Positions 7,083 to 15,276 of a stretch of DNA of 18,643 nt are shown piece after piece. Every line of letters begins with the position of its first letter. The first letter of the stretch is position 1. Position numbers and translations under genes: made by a program. The stretch spans positions 1 through 18,643 of the forward strand of contig JBBQPO010000106.1 in NCBI GenBank assembly GCA_038217285.1, given 5' to 3'. Under the pieces are notes generated by a model that was given only the letters and a program-made list of their open reading frames with translations, had not been told where the DNA came from and searched no databases. The DNA is from Chthonomonadales bacterium. GTDB taxonomy: Bacteria; Armatimonadota; Chthonomonadetes; Chthonomonadales; Chthonomonadaceae.

Positions 7083-8906
7083 ATGATAGCCCCCCCCGAC
7101 CACATCCCCGACTATCGCCGCCTGCACGTCTTCTATGCGATCATGGCGAGTCTGCTGACGGTCATAGCCGTGCGCCTCTGGTTTCTCCAGATCGTCAAAG
7201 GACCGGAACTGGCGGCGGAATCGGAGATGCGGCGTACCCGCACCATACGCCGTCTGGCGGCACGCGGCTCCATCGAAGATACGAAGGGACATGTCCTGGC
7301 CACGAGCCGGTTCCGATTCGTCGTCTCCGTCGTGCCGTTCGAGATCAAGAAGAACCCGCAAGTGCTGCCGCGCCTGGCGCAGATGCTGCACCGCACCGTC
7401 ACTGATCTGGCCGAGTCGATTGCCGACACGGCGCTGACGCCATTCGATCCGGTTCCGGTTGCAGACAATGTCGATGTCACGCTTCTGTCGCAGATCGACG
7501 AGCAGCAGCTCGACCTGCCCGGCGTCGTGATCAGCCGCGATCCGGAACGCTACTACACCGACAGTCGGCTCTTTACGCATGTGCTCGGTATCACGGGGCG
7601 CGTGACACGGGAACAGATCGTGAAGCTCCACGCCGCGAACTACCAGAACGGCGACTACATCGGCACCGAGGGCCTGGAAAAGACGTTCGAAGCGGAGCTG
7701 CGCGGCAAGGACGGGGGACAGGTCGTCGCAGTCAACGCCAAGGGGCGCATTCTCGCGCATCTGGACGACATGCCGCCCGTCGCCGGGCACACGGTGCGCC
7801 TCACCCTCGACTACGACCTGCAGAAAGTCACGTTGGAGGCGCTTATGGAGGAGTTGACGCGTACGGGACATCCGGGTTCCGCCGTCGCCATCGACCCCAA
7901 TACCGGCGCCGTGCTCGCGCTCGCCAGTGTGCCCTCGTACGACCTCAACACCTACCGGCAGGAGATCGGCAAGCTGCTCAAAGACCCGCAGAGGCCGCTT
8001 ATCAACCGGGCGGTCAACAGTGCGCAGCCGTGCGGATCGACCTTCAAACTGGTCACAGCCGCTGCCGGCCTGGAGACGGGCGAAATCGCGCCGGGAACGC
8101 GTATCTTCTGCCCCGGCTACTTGCGGCTCGGCAATCGCACCTTTCACTGCGATAAACGTAGTGGCCACGGCTCTCTCACGCTGGAGGACGCCATCGGGCA
8201 GTCCTGCGATGTCTATTTCTGGCGCGTGGCGCAGCGCATCGGTGAGGCGACACTGGCGAAGTGGGCGCACCGCTTCGGCCTCGGCGAGACAACCGACATC
8301 GATCTGCCGCCGACCAGGGCCGCAAAAGGTCTGATCCCGACTCCAGAGTGGAAACAGAAGACGAAACGAGGCCCCTGGATGCAGGGCGACCTGCTGAACA
8401 TGTCCATCGGGCAGGGCTATGTCGGCGTCACCACCCTGCAACTGGCGAACTATACGGCGGCTCTGGCGAATGGGGGCACACTCTGGCGGCCGCAACTGGT
8501 GCGCGAGGTGCGCGACATTTCCGGGCCGAATCCACAGATTATCAGCATGTTAGAGCCGAAGAAGAAGGGCGACCTCGGCCTGCGCCCGGAGTATCGGGCC
8601 GCCATCGTGGACGGGATGCGGCGCGTGTTTGAGAAACATGGCACCGCCGCAGCCTGCGCGATACCGGGGCTGGAGATGGCGGGCAAAACCGGAACCGCGC
8701 AGGTTACGAAGACCGAAGACAACTCTGTATTCGTCTGTTTCGCCCCACTGGACCATCCGAAGATCGCAATCGCCGTTCTCGTCGAGAAAGGCGGACACGG
8801 TTCGGATGTCGCCGCCCCCATCGCGCGCCGCATGCTCAACCAGTATCTGCAGTTGAAACTCGACAACGCCCGTGTTCCCATCGGGCATCACATCGGCGTC
8901 GATTAA
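7083..8906 (+). CDS. mrdA: Penicillin-binding protein 2 (class B transpeptidase)
   Basis: N-terminal TM with RLWFLQIVKG; ARGSI.D..G..LA; GLEKTFEAELRGKDG; catalytic STFK (8037-8048), SCD (8202-8210) and KTG (8685-8693); SIGQG. Confidence 0.92.
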   Translation: MIAPPDHIPDYRRLHVFYAIMASLLTVIAVRLWFLQIVKGPELAAESEMRRTRTIRRLAARGSIEDTKGHVLATSRFRFVVSVVPFEIKKNPQVLPRLAQMLHRTVTDLAESIADTALTPFDPVPVADNVDVTLLSQIDEQQLDLPGVVISRDPERYYTDSRLFTHVLGITGRVTREQIVKLHAANYQNGDYIGTEGLEKTFEAELRGKDGGQVVAVNAKGRILAHLDDMPPVAGHTVRLTLDYDLQKVTLEALMEELTRTGHPGSAVAIDPNTGAVLALASVPSYDLNTYRQEIGKLLKDPQRPLINRAVNSAQPCGSTFKLVTAAAGLETGEIAPGTRIFCPGYLRLGNRTFHCDKRSGHGSLTLEDAIGQSCDVYFWRVAQRIGEATLAKWAHRFGLGETTDIDLPPTRAAKGLIPTPEWKQKTKRGPWMQGDLLNMSIGQGYVGVTTLQLANYTAALANGGTLWRPQLVREVRDISGPNPQIISMLEPKKKGDLGLRPEYRAAIVDGMRRVFEKHGTAAACAIPGLEMAGKTGTAQVTKTEDNSVFVCFAPLDHPKIAIAVLVEKGGHGSDVAAPIARRMLNQYLQLKLDNARVPIGHHIGVD

Positions 8907-8940
8907 CCGGAAGCCCCAACCTTTCCAGGGAGGGAGGGTA

Positions 8941-8969
8941 TTGACACGTCCGGTGACAAACGGTACAAT
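8941..8969 (+). promoter_or_regulatory. Sigma70 promoter for recN
   Basis: TTGACA (8941-8946), 17 bp spacer, TACAAT (8964-8969). Confidence 0.8.
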
Positions 8970-9007
8970 TTCAGCAGACATAGTTCGACGAGTATTCGCG
9001 AGGCTTT

Positions 9008-10678
9008 ATGTTACGCACCCTTTCCGTCCGCAATTTCGCCATTATCGAGCGCCTCGACCTGGAGTTTGGGGCGGGATTCAATGTGCTGACCGGCGAAACC
9101 GGCGCCGGCAAGTCCATTATTATGGACGCCCTGAACCTGCTTCTGGGGGGCCGTGCGGGGACGGAGATGGTCCGAGGCGGGGCGGAACGCGCCACCATCG
9201 ATGCCGTATTCGATGTCACCGGATCGTCCGAACTGAAGGCGCTGGTAGCGGAACTCGGGTTCGACCTGGAGGACGATCAACTGTTTGTCTCGCGTGAAGT
9301 CGCGGCCAATGGCAAGTCGTCCTGTCGTCTGGGCGGACGACCGGCGAGTGTGGCACAGCTCAAAGCCCTCGGGGAGTGGCTGGTAGACCTGCACGGGCAG
9401 CACGAACACCAGAGCCTGCTGGCGGTCGCGCGCCACCTGGATATGCTGGACGACTGGGGTGGAAAGCCGGTACATTCGCTGCGATCCGAGGTGTCCACCG
9501 CGTTTCAGAAGACGCAGAGCCTGCGGCGCGAAAAGGACGAACTGGAGAAGGATTCTCGGGAGCGCGCGCATCTGCTCGACCTCTATCAGTTTCAGGTCAA
9601 AGAGATCGGGGAGGCGCAACTGACCGTCGGGGAAGACGAGGAGCTGCAGACCGAGCACAACCGTGTCGCCAATGCCCAGCGATTGGCGGAGGCCGCCCTG
9701 GCGGCGGCAACGACTCTGAGCGGTGAGGACGGCGGCGGTGTCCTGGGATCGCTGGCGACGGCGGCAAGGGCGATCGAGGAGGCGGTCAATCTCGACGCCA
9801 CCCTTGCCCCGATGCTCGAAGCGCTGCGATCCGCCGCCTATGAGTTGACCGAAACGGAGCGCGATCTTGGGCGGTATCAGGATGAGATCGAGTTCGACCC
9901 CGAACGGCTCGAACAGATCGAGGAGCGCCTGGAGATACTGCGGACGCTAAAACGCAAGTATGGCGACAGCATCGAAGAGGTTCTGGCGTACGGCGCGGAG
10001 ACGGCGGCCAAAGTGGCGACACTTTCGAACAGTGAGGAGCGCGGGGCGCAGCTCGATGTCGAAATCGGAAAAGCCGACAAGCATCTGCGTGGGCTGTGCG
10101 CCCGTCTCAGCGTTGCCCGCGCGAAAGCGGGCAAAGAGTTTCAAGCCATCACGCTGTCGGAGCTACGGGAACTGGCCCTGGAAAAAGCCCGGTTCGAGGT
10201 GAACACGACCCAGGGCGACCCGACCGCGAGAGGCACCGACCGGGTCGAGTTTCTGATCGCCACCAACCCTGGGGAGCCGCTGCGTCCGCTTGTGAAGGTC
10301 GCCTCCGGCGGCGAAATCTCCCGCGTCATGCTGGCCATCAAAGCCGCCCTGGCGCGCCAGGAGGCGCTGCCGACGATGGTGTTCGACGAGATCGACGTGG
10401 GCGTCGGCGGCCGAACCTCCAGTGTGATCGCGGACAAGATGGCGATGCTGGCGAAATCGGCGCAGATTCTCTGTATCACGCATCTGGCACAGATCGCCAG
10501 CAGAGGCCAGCATCACTACTACATCGAAAAGCAGGTGCGCGGCGACCGGACGGTGGTCACCGTCACTCCTCTCACGCCCGAACAGCGCGTCTCGGAAATC
10601 GCCCGAATGATCGGCGGCGCAAAGCTCTCCGAAACCGTTCTGAATCACGCCCGCGAAATGCTCGCCCTCCCCTCCTGA
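9008..10678 (+). CDS. recN: DNA repair protein RecN
   Basis: NFAII, Walker A TGETGAGKS, LHGQHEHQSL, NPGEPLRPL.KVASGGEISRVML, Walker B MVFDEIDVGVGG, QILCITHL.QIA. Confidence 0.97.
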   Translation: MLRTLSVRNFAIIERLDLEFGAGFNVLTGETGAGKSIIMDALNLLLGGRAGTEMVRGGAERATIDAVFDVTGSSELKALVAELGFDLEDDQLFVSREVAANGKSSCRLGGRPASVAQLKALGEWLVDLHGQHEHQSLLAVARHLDMLDDWGGKPVHSLRSEVSTAFQKTQSLRREKDELEKDSRERAHLLDLYQFQVKEIGEAQLTVGEDEELQTEHNRVANAQRLAEAALAAATTLSGEDGGGVLGSLATAARAIEEAVNLDATLAPMLEALRSAAYELTETERDLGRYQDEIEFDPERLEQIEERLEILRTLKRKYGDSIEEVLAYGAETAAKVATLSNSEERGAQLDVEIGKADKHLRGLCARLSVARAKAGKEFQAITLSELRELALEKARFEVNTTQGDPTARGTDRVEFLIATNPGEPLRPLVKVASGGEISRVMLAIKAALARQEALPTMVFDEIDVGVGGRTSSVIADKMAMLAKSAQILCITHLAQIASRGQHHYYIEKQVRGDRTVVTVTPLTPEQRVSEIARMIGGAKLSETVLNHAREMLALPS

Positions 10679-10812
10679 CGCCTCCCCGCCCGCGTCCTGA
10701 AACCCCCGTGCGCTCCTACCCGTCTAAAAAACTAGAACCGATGACGCCCTGTCTCTCCCCGTACGAGACAACCTGGCGGACACGAAGGTGATCGCGTAAC
10801 GGCCTGATCGGG

Positions 10813-12291
10813 TCAATGGCACAAGCGGAGAAAACGTTCGTAGGCAGCGTCCCAAGCGGCGGTGTCTTGCGGGAGATAGGTGTCGAGGGTGAAGGAGCGG
10901 CGGACGACCTCGCGGGCCTGTTCGAGCGAGCCGATTCTTCCTCGCCCTAGCGCCTGCATCAGGACGTTACCGATGGCAGTGGCTTCGACCGGCCCCGCGA
11001 TCACGGGACGGTTGAGCGCGTTGGCGGCGAACTGACAGAGCAGGTGGTTCTGGGTGCCGCCGCCGACGATATGCACGGTATCGATGCGTCTGCCCCCGAA
11101 CTCTTCCAGTTTGCCCAGTGTCCAGCGGTATTTGAGCGCGAGGCTTTCGAGGCAGCACCGCACGGTCGCGCCGGTATCGGCAGGCACAGGCTGGCCGGTG
11201 CGCAGGCAGAAGTCGCGAATCGCGGTCACCATATCGGTTGGAGACAGGAACGCGGTGTTGTCGGGGTCGATGAGTGAGACGAAGCCAGGAGCCTGTGCGG
11301 CTAGCCGGGTCAGATCCGGATAGGAGTGATCGTGCCCCTGCCGCGCCCAACTGCGGCGACACTCCTGGACCAGCCACAAGCCCATGATATTTTTGAGGAA
11401 GCGGATAGTATCGCATGCGCCGCCCTCATTGGTGAAGTTGGCGGCCTGCGTAGCGGCGGAGATTCGGGGCACAGAAGTCTCGATGCCCATCAAAGACCAT
11501 GTCCCGCTGCTGATATAGGCGTAGTCTGCGGTGGAAGCAGGGACCGCGACGACCGCAGAGGCGGTGTCGTGTTCGCCGGGGGCGATGACATTGAGGGGCC
11601 CGCAGCCGCACTCGGCGGCGATGTCGGCGCGCAGCGTGCCGATGGGCGTTCCGGTCGGCACCAGATCGGTGAGCAGATGGGTCGGCAAGCCGAAATCGGC
11701 CATCAGGTCGCCCGCCCACGCTCGGGTGCGCGGGTCGATCATCTGACTGGTGCTGGCGATGCTGAACTCTGTGGTCTTGACACCGGTAAACCAGAAGTTG
11801 AGCAGATCGGGGATGAAGAGGAGCGTCTGAGCGGCTTCCAGCAGCGGCGAGTTCTGACGCTTCAGCGCCAGCAGTTGAAAAAGCGAATTGATCTGCATGA
11901 ACTGGATGCCCGTGCGATCAAAAATCCGGTCGGCGGGCACGATGCCGAAGGCGGTTTCCAGCATGCCGTCATTGGCGTGGTCCCGGTAGTGACGCGGGTT
12001 GCCAAGGAGCACGTCGCCGCGCCCCAGCAGGCCGAAATCAACGCCCCAGGTGTCTACGCCCAGCGCGTCGAACTCCCCTCCGTGCGCTGCAACGGCCATC
12101 GACAGCCCTTTCTTCAGCTCCGAGAAGAGCCGCAGAATATCCCAGTGCAGGGTCTCCTGCAGGCGAACAGGTGTGCTGGCGAAGCGGTGGGCGTCCTCCA
12201 GTCGCAGCCTCTCGCCATCGAAAAAACCTACGACCCCGCGCCCGCTCTCCGCTCCCAGATCGAACGCCAGATACTTCGCTTCCGCCGCCAT
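10813..12291 (-). CDS. rhaB: Rhamnulokinase (FGGY family sugar kinase)
   Basis: LAFDLGAESGR, GVDTWGVDFGLL, TGIQFMQINSLFQL, HDTASAV, YISSGTWSLMG, FTNEGG, FLKNIMGLWLVQE, GPVEATAIGN; strong SD GAGGTG upstream. Exact ketose substrate not certain. Confidence 0.88.
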   Translation of the reverse strand: MAAEAKYLAFDLGAESGRGVVGFFDGERLRLEDAHRFASTPVRLQETLHWDILRLFSELKKGLSMAVAAHGGEFDALGVDTWGVDFGLLGRGDVLLGNPRHYRDHANDGMLETAFGIVPADRIFDRTGIQFMQINSLFQLLALKRQNSPLLEAAQTLLFIPDLLNFWFTGVKTTEFSIASTSQMIDPRTRAWAGDLMADFGLPTHLLTDLVPTGTPIGTLRADIAAECGCGPLNVIAPGEHDTASAVVAVPASTADYAYISSGTWSLMGIETSVPRISAATQAANFTNEGGACDTIRFLKNIMGLWLVQECRRSWARQGHDHSYPDLTRLAAQAPGFVSLIDPDNTAFLSPTDMVTAIRDFCLRTGQPVPADTGATVRCCLESLALKYRWTLGKLEEFGGRRIDTVHIVGGGTQNHLLCQFAANALNRPVIAGPVEATAIGNVLMQALGRGRIGSLEQAREVVRRSFTLDTYLPQDTAAWDAAYERFLRLCH

Positions 12292-12347
12292 GCCTCACCT
12301 CTCCCCATTGAAATCATCACATTGTAGAGTTCGCTGCGGGCACTGGA

Positions 12348-12582
12348 AATCCTCCTCTCCTATTCCCGGCAATGAGTTGCCGTTCTGAGAGGGGAAGGCC
12401 GCCTTCGCGGACTCAAAGCAACGAGTCCGCGAAGGAAATTCTCTGCGCGGCAGCGGAGAATTTGGGGTGCCCGGAGGGTTTCCTGCCTTACCGTTTCAGC
12501 GCGGGGCTTGAGCCCCGTGAACAGTTCCGCGAGGGAATTTCATAAACAAAAATTCTCCTCCCGATACTCATAGGGAATGGAG
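12348..12582. repeat. Cluster of palindromes / REP-like element between divergent rhaB and the oxidoreductase
   Basis: CGGCAA-tgag-TTGCCG (12367-12382); perfect 13 bp inverted repeat CCTTCGCGGACTC-N8-GAGTCCGCGAAGG (12402-12435); AAATTCTCTGC-N6-GCGGAGAATTT (12436-12463); CGGGGC-ttga-GCCCCG (~12502-12517). Confidence 0.6.
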
Positions 12583-12655
12583 AGACTAGCAGGGAAAACC
12601 GGATACGGTGCGTAACAGTGCCTCATCCAGTGCAGGACAGTAGGAGGTGCCTTTA

Positions 12656-13693
12656 ATGAGCGTTCGGATCGGTCTTCTCGGCAGCGGGTTCGTCTCGACG
12701 TTTTATATGCAGGGGCTGGCGGATCTGGCGGGTTGGGAGGTGCGCGTGGTCGCGTCGCCCAATGCGGCCAACGCCCAAAAGTTCGCGCAGACCTGGAACA
12801 TCCCAGAGAGCACGACCGATATGGAGGCGGTGATCGAACGCAGCGATCTCGACCTGATCGTGCTCGGCGTTCCGAACTATGTCCATAAAGATCTGGCGAT
12901 CCGCTGCGCCCGTGCCGGCAAGAACCTGGTCTGCACAAAGCCGCTGGCCCGCAACCGGCACGAGGCGAAAGAGATGCTGGACGCCGTCCGGGCTGCCGGG
13001 GTGATGCACGGCTATGCCGAGACCGAGGTCTTCAGTCCCGCCGTCATCAAGGCGCAGGAGTATGTCGCGCGGGGCGGCATCGGCAAAGTCTTGACGGTGC
13101 GCTCCCGCGAAGCCCACTCCGGCCCGCACGGCGACTGGTTCTGGAACCGAGAACTCTCTGGTGGCGGCGCGCTTCTCGACATGGGCTGCCACACCATCGA
13201 AGCGGCCCGCTACTTCGTCGGGAAAGACAACCCCGTCGTCGAGGTGATCGCGTGGGGAGACCGCCTCTATCATCACGACCGCACGGACGCCGAAGACAAC
13301 GCCGCCATGATGATGCGCTTCGAGGGCGGGCAGATGGGCATCTCGGAGCTGAGCTGGATCGCACGCGGCGGCCTCGATCTGCGCAACGAGGTGTATGGCA
13401 CGGAAGGCACGATCTTCACCGACATCACCCGCGAAACGCCCGTAAAGGTGTTCTCACGGCCCGGCGCGGGCTATGTCGTGGAGAAAGCCGACACGGAGAC
13501 GGGCTGGCTCTTCCCGCCGGTGGACGAAGCCTGGATCTACGGCTACCGGGAGGAGATGAAACATTTCCTGCACTGCGCCGCCACCGGGCAGACGCCGCGG
13601 GAGACCTTTGAGGATGGCTATATCGTCAACTGCATTCTCGACGCCGCCTACCGCTCGATGCAGACCAAAGCCTGGGAGCGTGTGGAGTACTGA
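12656..13693 (+). CDS. Gfo/Idh/MocA family NAD(P)-dependent oxidoreductase
   Basis: Rossmann start VRIGLLGSGFV, VPNYVH, AGKNLVCTKPLA, SGGGALLDMGCH, D.AYRS. Start at ATG 12656 after SD AGGAGGT (12642-12648). Confidence 0.92.
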   Translation: MSVRIGLLGSGFVSTFYMQGLADLAGWEVRVVASPNAANAQKFAQTWNIPESTTDMEAVIERSDLDLIVLGVPNYVHKDLAIRCARAGKNLVCTKPLARNRHEAKEMLDAVRAAGVMHGYAETEVFSPAVIKAQEYVARGGIGKVLTVRSREAHSGPHGDWFWNRELSGGGALLDMGCHTIEAARYFVGKDNPVVEVIAWGDRLYHHDRTDAEDNAAMMMRFEGGQMGISELSWIARGGLDLRNEVYGTEGTIFTDITRETPVKVFSRPGAGYVVEKADTETGWLFPPVDEAWIYGYREEMKHFLHCAATGQTPRETFEDGYIVNCILDAAYRSMQTKAWERVEY

Positions 13694-13699
13694 CACCCT

Positions 13700-14403
13700 A
13701 TGCCGCCCCTGCCCTTCCTCCGTCGCGACACTTCGACGCGTTTCCAGGCCGTACGATCGCTCTGGCAGATCAACAAATACCTCTGGATGACACTAGGATT
13801 CCTTCTGGTCTATATCCCCATGGCCCGCGCTCAGGGAATGGTGTGAGGCCCGATGGTGCAGGCCTGGCTGCTGTTCGGACTGGCCCTGGCGGACGCGTCG
13901 GCTCGCACAGTGATGGCAGCGAAGCGTGGAGGGGTTCTTTCCGACACGCTGGCATGGCTCTTCACCGCACTGGACATTCTGCTGGTGTCCCTGGCGATCC
14001 ATATCACTGGAGGCTTGGCAAGCGACCTCTGGCTGGTCTACTTCGTGGTGATGATCTTCGAACTGATGTTCGCGACCCCGCAGCAGAAACGCCTCATCGT
14101 GGGGGGCCTCTGCTCAGCCTACCTCTGCGCCACCTTACCGACGCAGTGGGCCGCAGCCTCTCCTGCCCTCTCCTTCGCCGCCTATGGGCGTATTATGGCG
14201 TCGCGCCTTTTCTTTCTTGTTCTGGTCGGCTCCCTGAGCAGGCGGATCAGCCGAAACGCGCTCGACCGTGACCGCGAACTGTCTGTACTGCGGGAATGGG
14301 GCTTGAATCGATGCACCAGCGGGCCAGCGCCTTCGGTGGCGAACTGCACGTTGTCAGCTCCCCCGGCGCTGGCGTCCGGATAGACGTGCAGGTGGCCTGC
14401 TGA
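13700..14403 (+). pseudogene. Membrane-bound sensor histidine kinase pseudogene (NarX/DesK-like class)
   Basis: ATG 13700 is in frame with the 13853 ORF but interrupted by TGA at 13844-13846. A multi-TM sensor (LDILLVSLAIHITGG..S) runs to ...RELSVLRE. Another frame from 14293 reads GMGLESMHQRASAFGGELHVVSSPGAGVRIDVQVAC*, the end of a HATPase_c domain. The H-box and most of the ATPase domain are absent. Confidence 0.85.
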
Positions 14404-14672
14404 GCCACAAAGAACAGAAGTCGGACGGAGAGGGGAACCCGCGAGGAGGAACCGTGCGGAGGCACGGGATCGGATATTTGTGGATCGGCACCCGTTTTTG
14501 CGCCTTTAACGGGCTATTTTTTGATAACCAGGGAAAAAGGCAGGAATTTGCCGAATGGACGTGCAAACTAGGCACGTACACCTTTATCTGCGCGAACCCC
14601 GGGAAGAGGCAACTCTGGAAACGTCTGGACGCAGAGATCTGCCCTTTTCCTAATCAACGAGGAGGACTTTAC

Positions 14673-15191
14673 GTGAAACGGCTTGGAACAATCTGGGGTC
14701 TGGCTTTGATGATTCTGCTTGGCATGGCGATGGCTCCCCGTGCAGCGCATGCGCAGAGTGATGCGGTACCCGAACTAGCGCGAGACTGGAATGTGCGCAT
14801 CGGCATGTACCTCTACAACAGTAAAGCGACACGCGATGCCCAGGGCGGAGTGGGCATCAGCGGCATGGTAGAGCGGCGTGTCTTCCACGGCGATGCCTAC
14901 GATGTCCTGGTCGGCATCGGCTATAACGGTCTCGACCGGGTCTATAGCGTACCGGTCATGCTCTCTCTCATCGCTCACAAGAACAACCTGCGATATGGAG
15001 CGGGCGCCGGATACTCGTTCAACAAACGCATCGACGGTACCGGTTCCAACGGAACCGCGCTCTCTCTCATCCTGGGTTATACGCCCGTTCATGGCAAAAA
15101 CCCACTCTCGGTGGACCTCCGGTACTTCTTCCTCGGTGGTTCTTCCAATGAACTGGACGGCTACAGCCTTACCATCGGCGCTCAGTTCTGA
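14673..15191 (+). CDS. Small outer-membrane beta-barrel protein (about 8 strands)
   Basis: GTG start after SD GAGGAGG; signal peptide MKRLG...AAHA; amphipathic strands (SVPVMLSL, YGAGAGYSF, LSVDLRYFF); C-terminal YSLTIGAQF. The ORF-track start at 14454 is too far upstream. Confidence 0.8.
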   Translation: MKRLGTIWGLALMILLGMAMAPRAAHAQSDAVPELARDWNVRIGMYLYNSKATRDAQGGVGISGMVERRVFHGDAYDVLVGIGYNGLDRVYSVPVMLSLIAHKNNLRYGAGAGYSFNKRIDGTGSNGTALSLILGYTPVHGKNPLSVDLRYFFLGGSSNELDGYSLTIGAQF

Positions 15192-15210
15192 CGTCCGCTG
15201 CGTATCAGGC

Positions 15211-15249
15211 AAAAGAGGGCGGAGCGTCTTGTACGCTCCGCCCTCTTTC
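15211..15249. terminator. Bidirectional intrinsic terminator between convergent genes
   Basis: AAAGAGGGCGGAGCGT-cttgt-ACGCTCCGCCCTCTTT, a perfect 16 bp inverted repeat with A-run and T-run ends. Confidence 0.88.
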
Positions 15250-15276
15250 ATCGTTAGATCGTTTCTTCTCCACCCT

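Noticed and set aside
5397-8495. Long minus-strand ORFs 5397..6380 and 6654..8495
   Set aside because: Antisense to well-supported genes; expected in GC-rich DNA; no domain motifs.
8983-8997. Possible LexA box GTTC-N7-ATTC upstream of recN
   Set aside because: One mismatch to an alphaproteobacterial-type motif, and nothing suggests that lineage. No GAAC-N4-GTTC or CTGT-N8-ACAG box seen.
11326-12327. 333 aa + strand ORF
   Set aside because: Antisense shadow of rhamnulokinase.
13844-13846. Selenocysteine recoding of the in-frame TGA
   Set aside because: It lies in a loop of a membrane sensor with no redox motif, there is no convincing SECIS hairpin, and the gene is independently broken by a deletion.
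14608-14637. c-di-GMP-I riboswitch resemblance (GGCAAC...GAAA...GGACGCAGAG)
   Set aside because: The stem that should close the GAAA tetraloop pairs for only 2 bp, and no second stem with a tetraloop receptor is evident.
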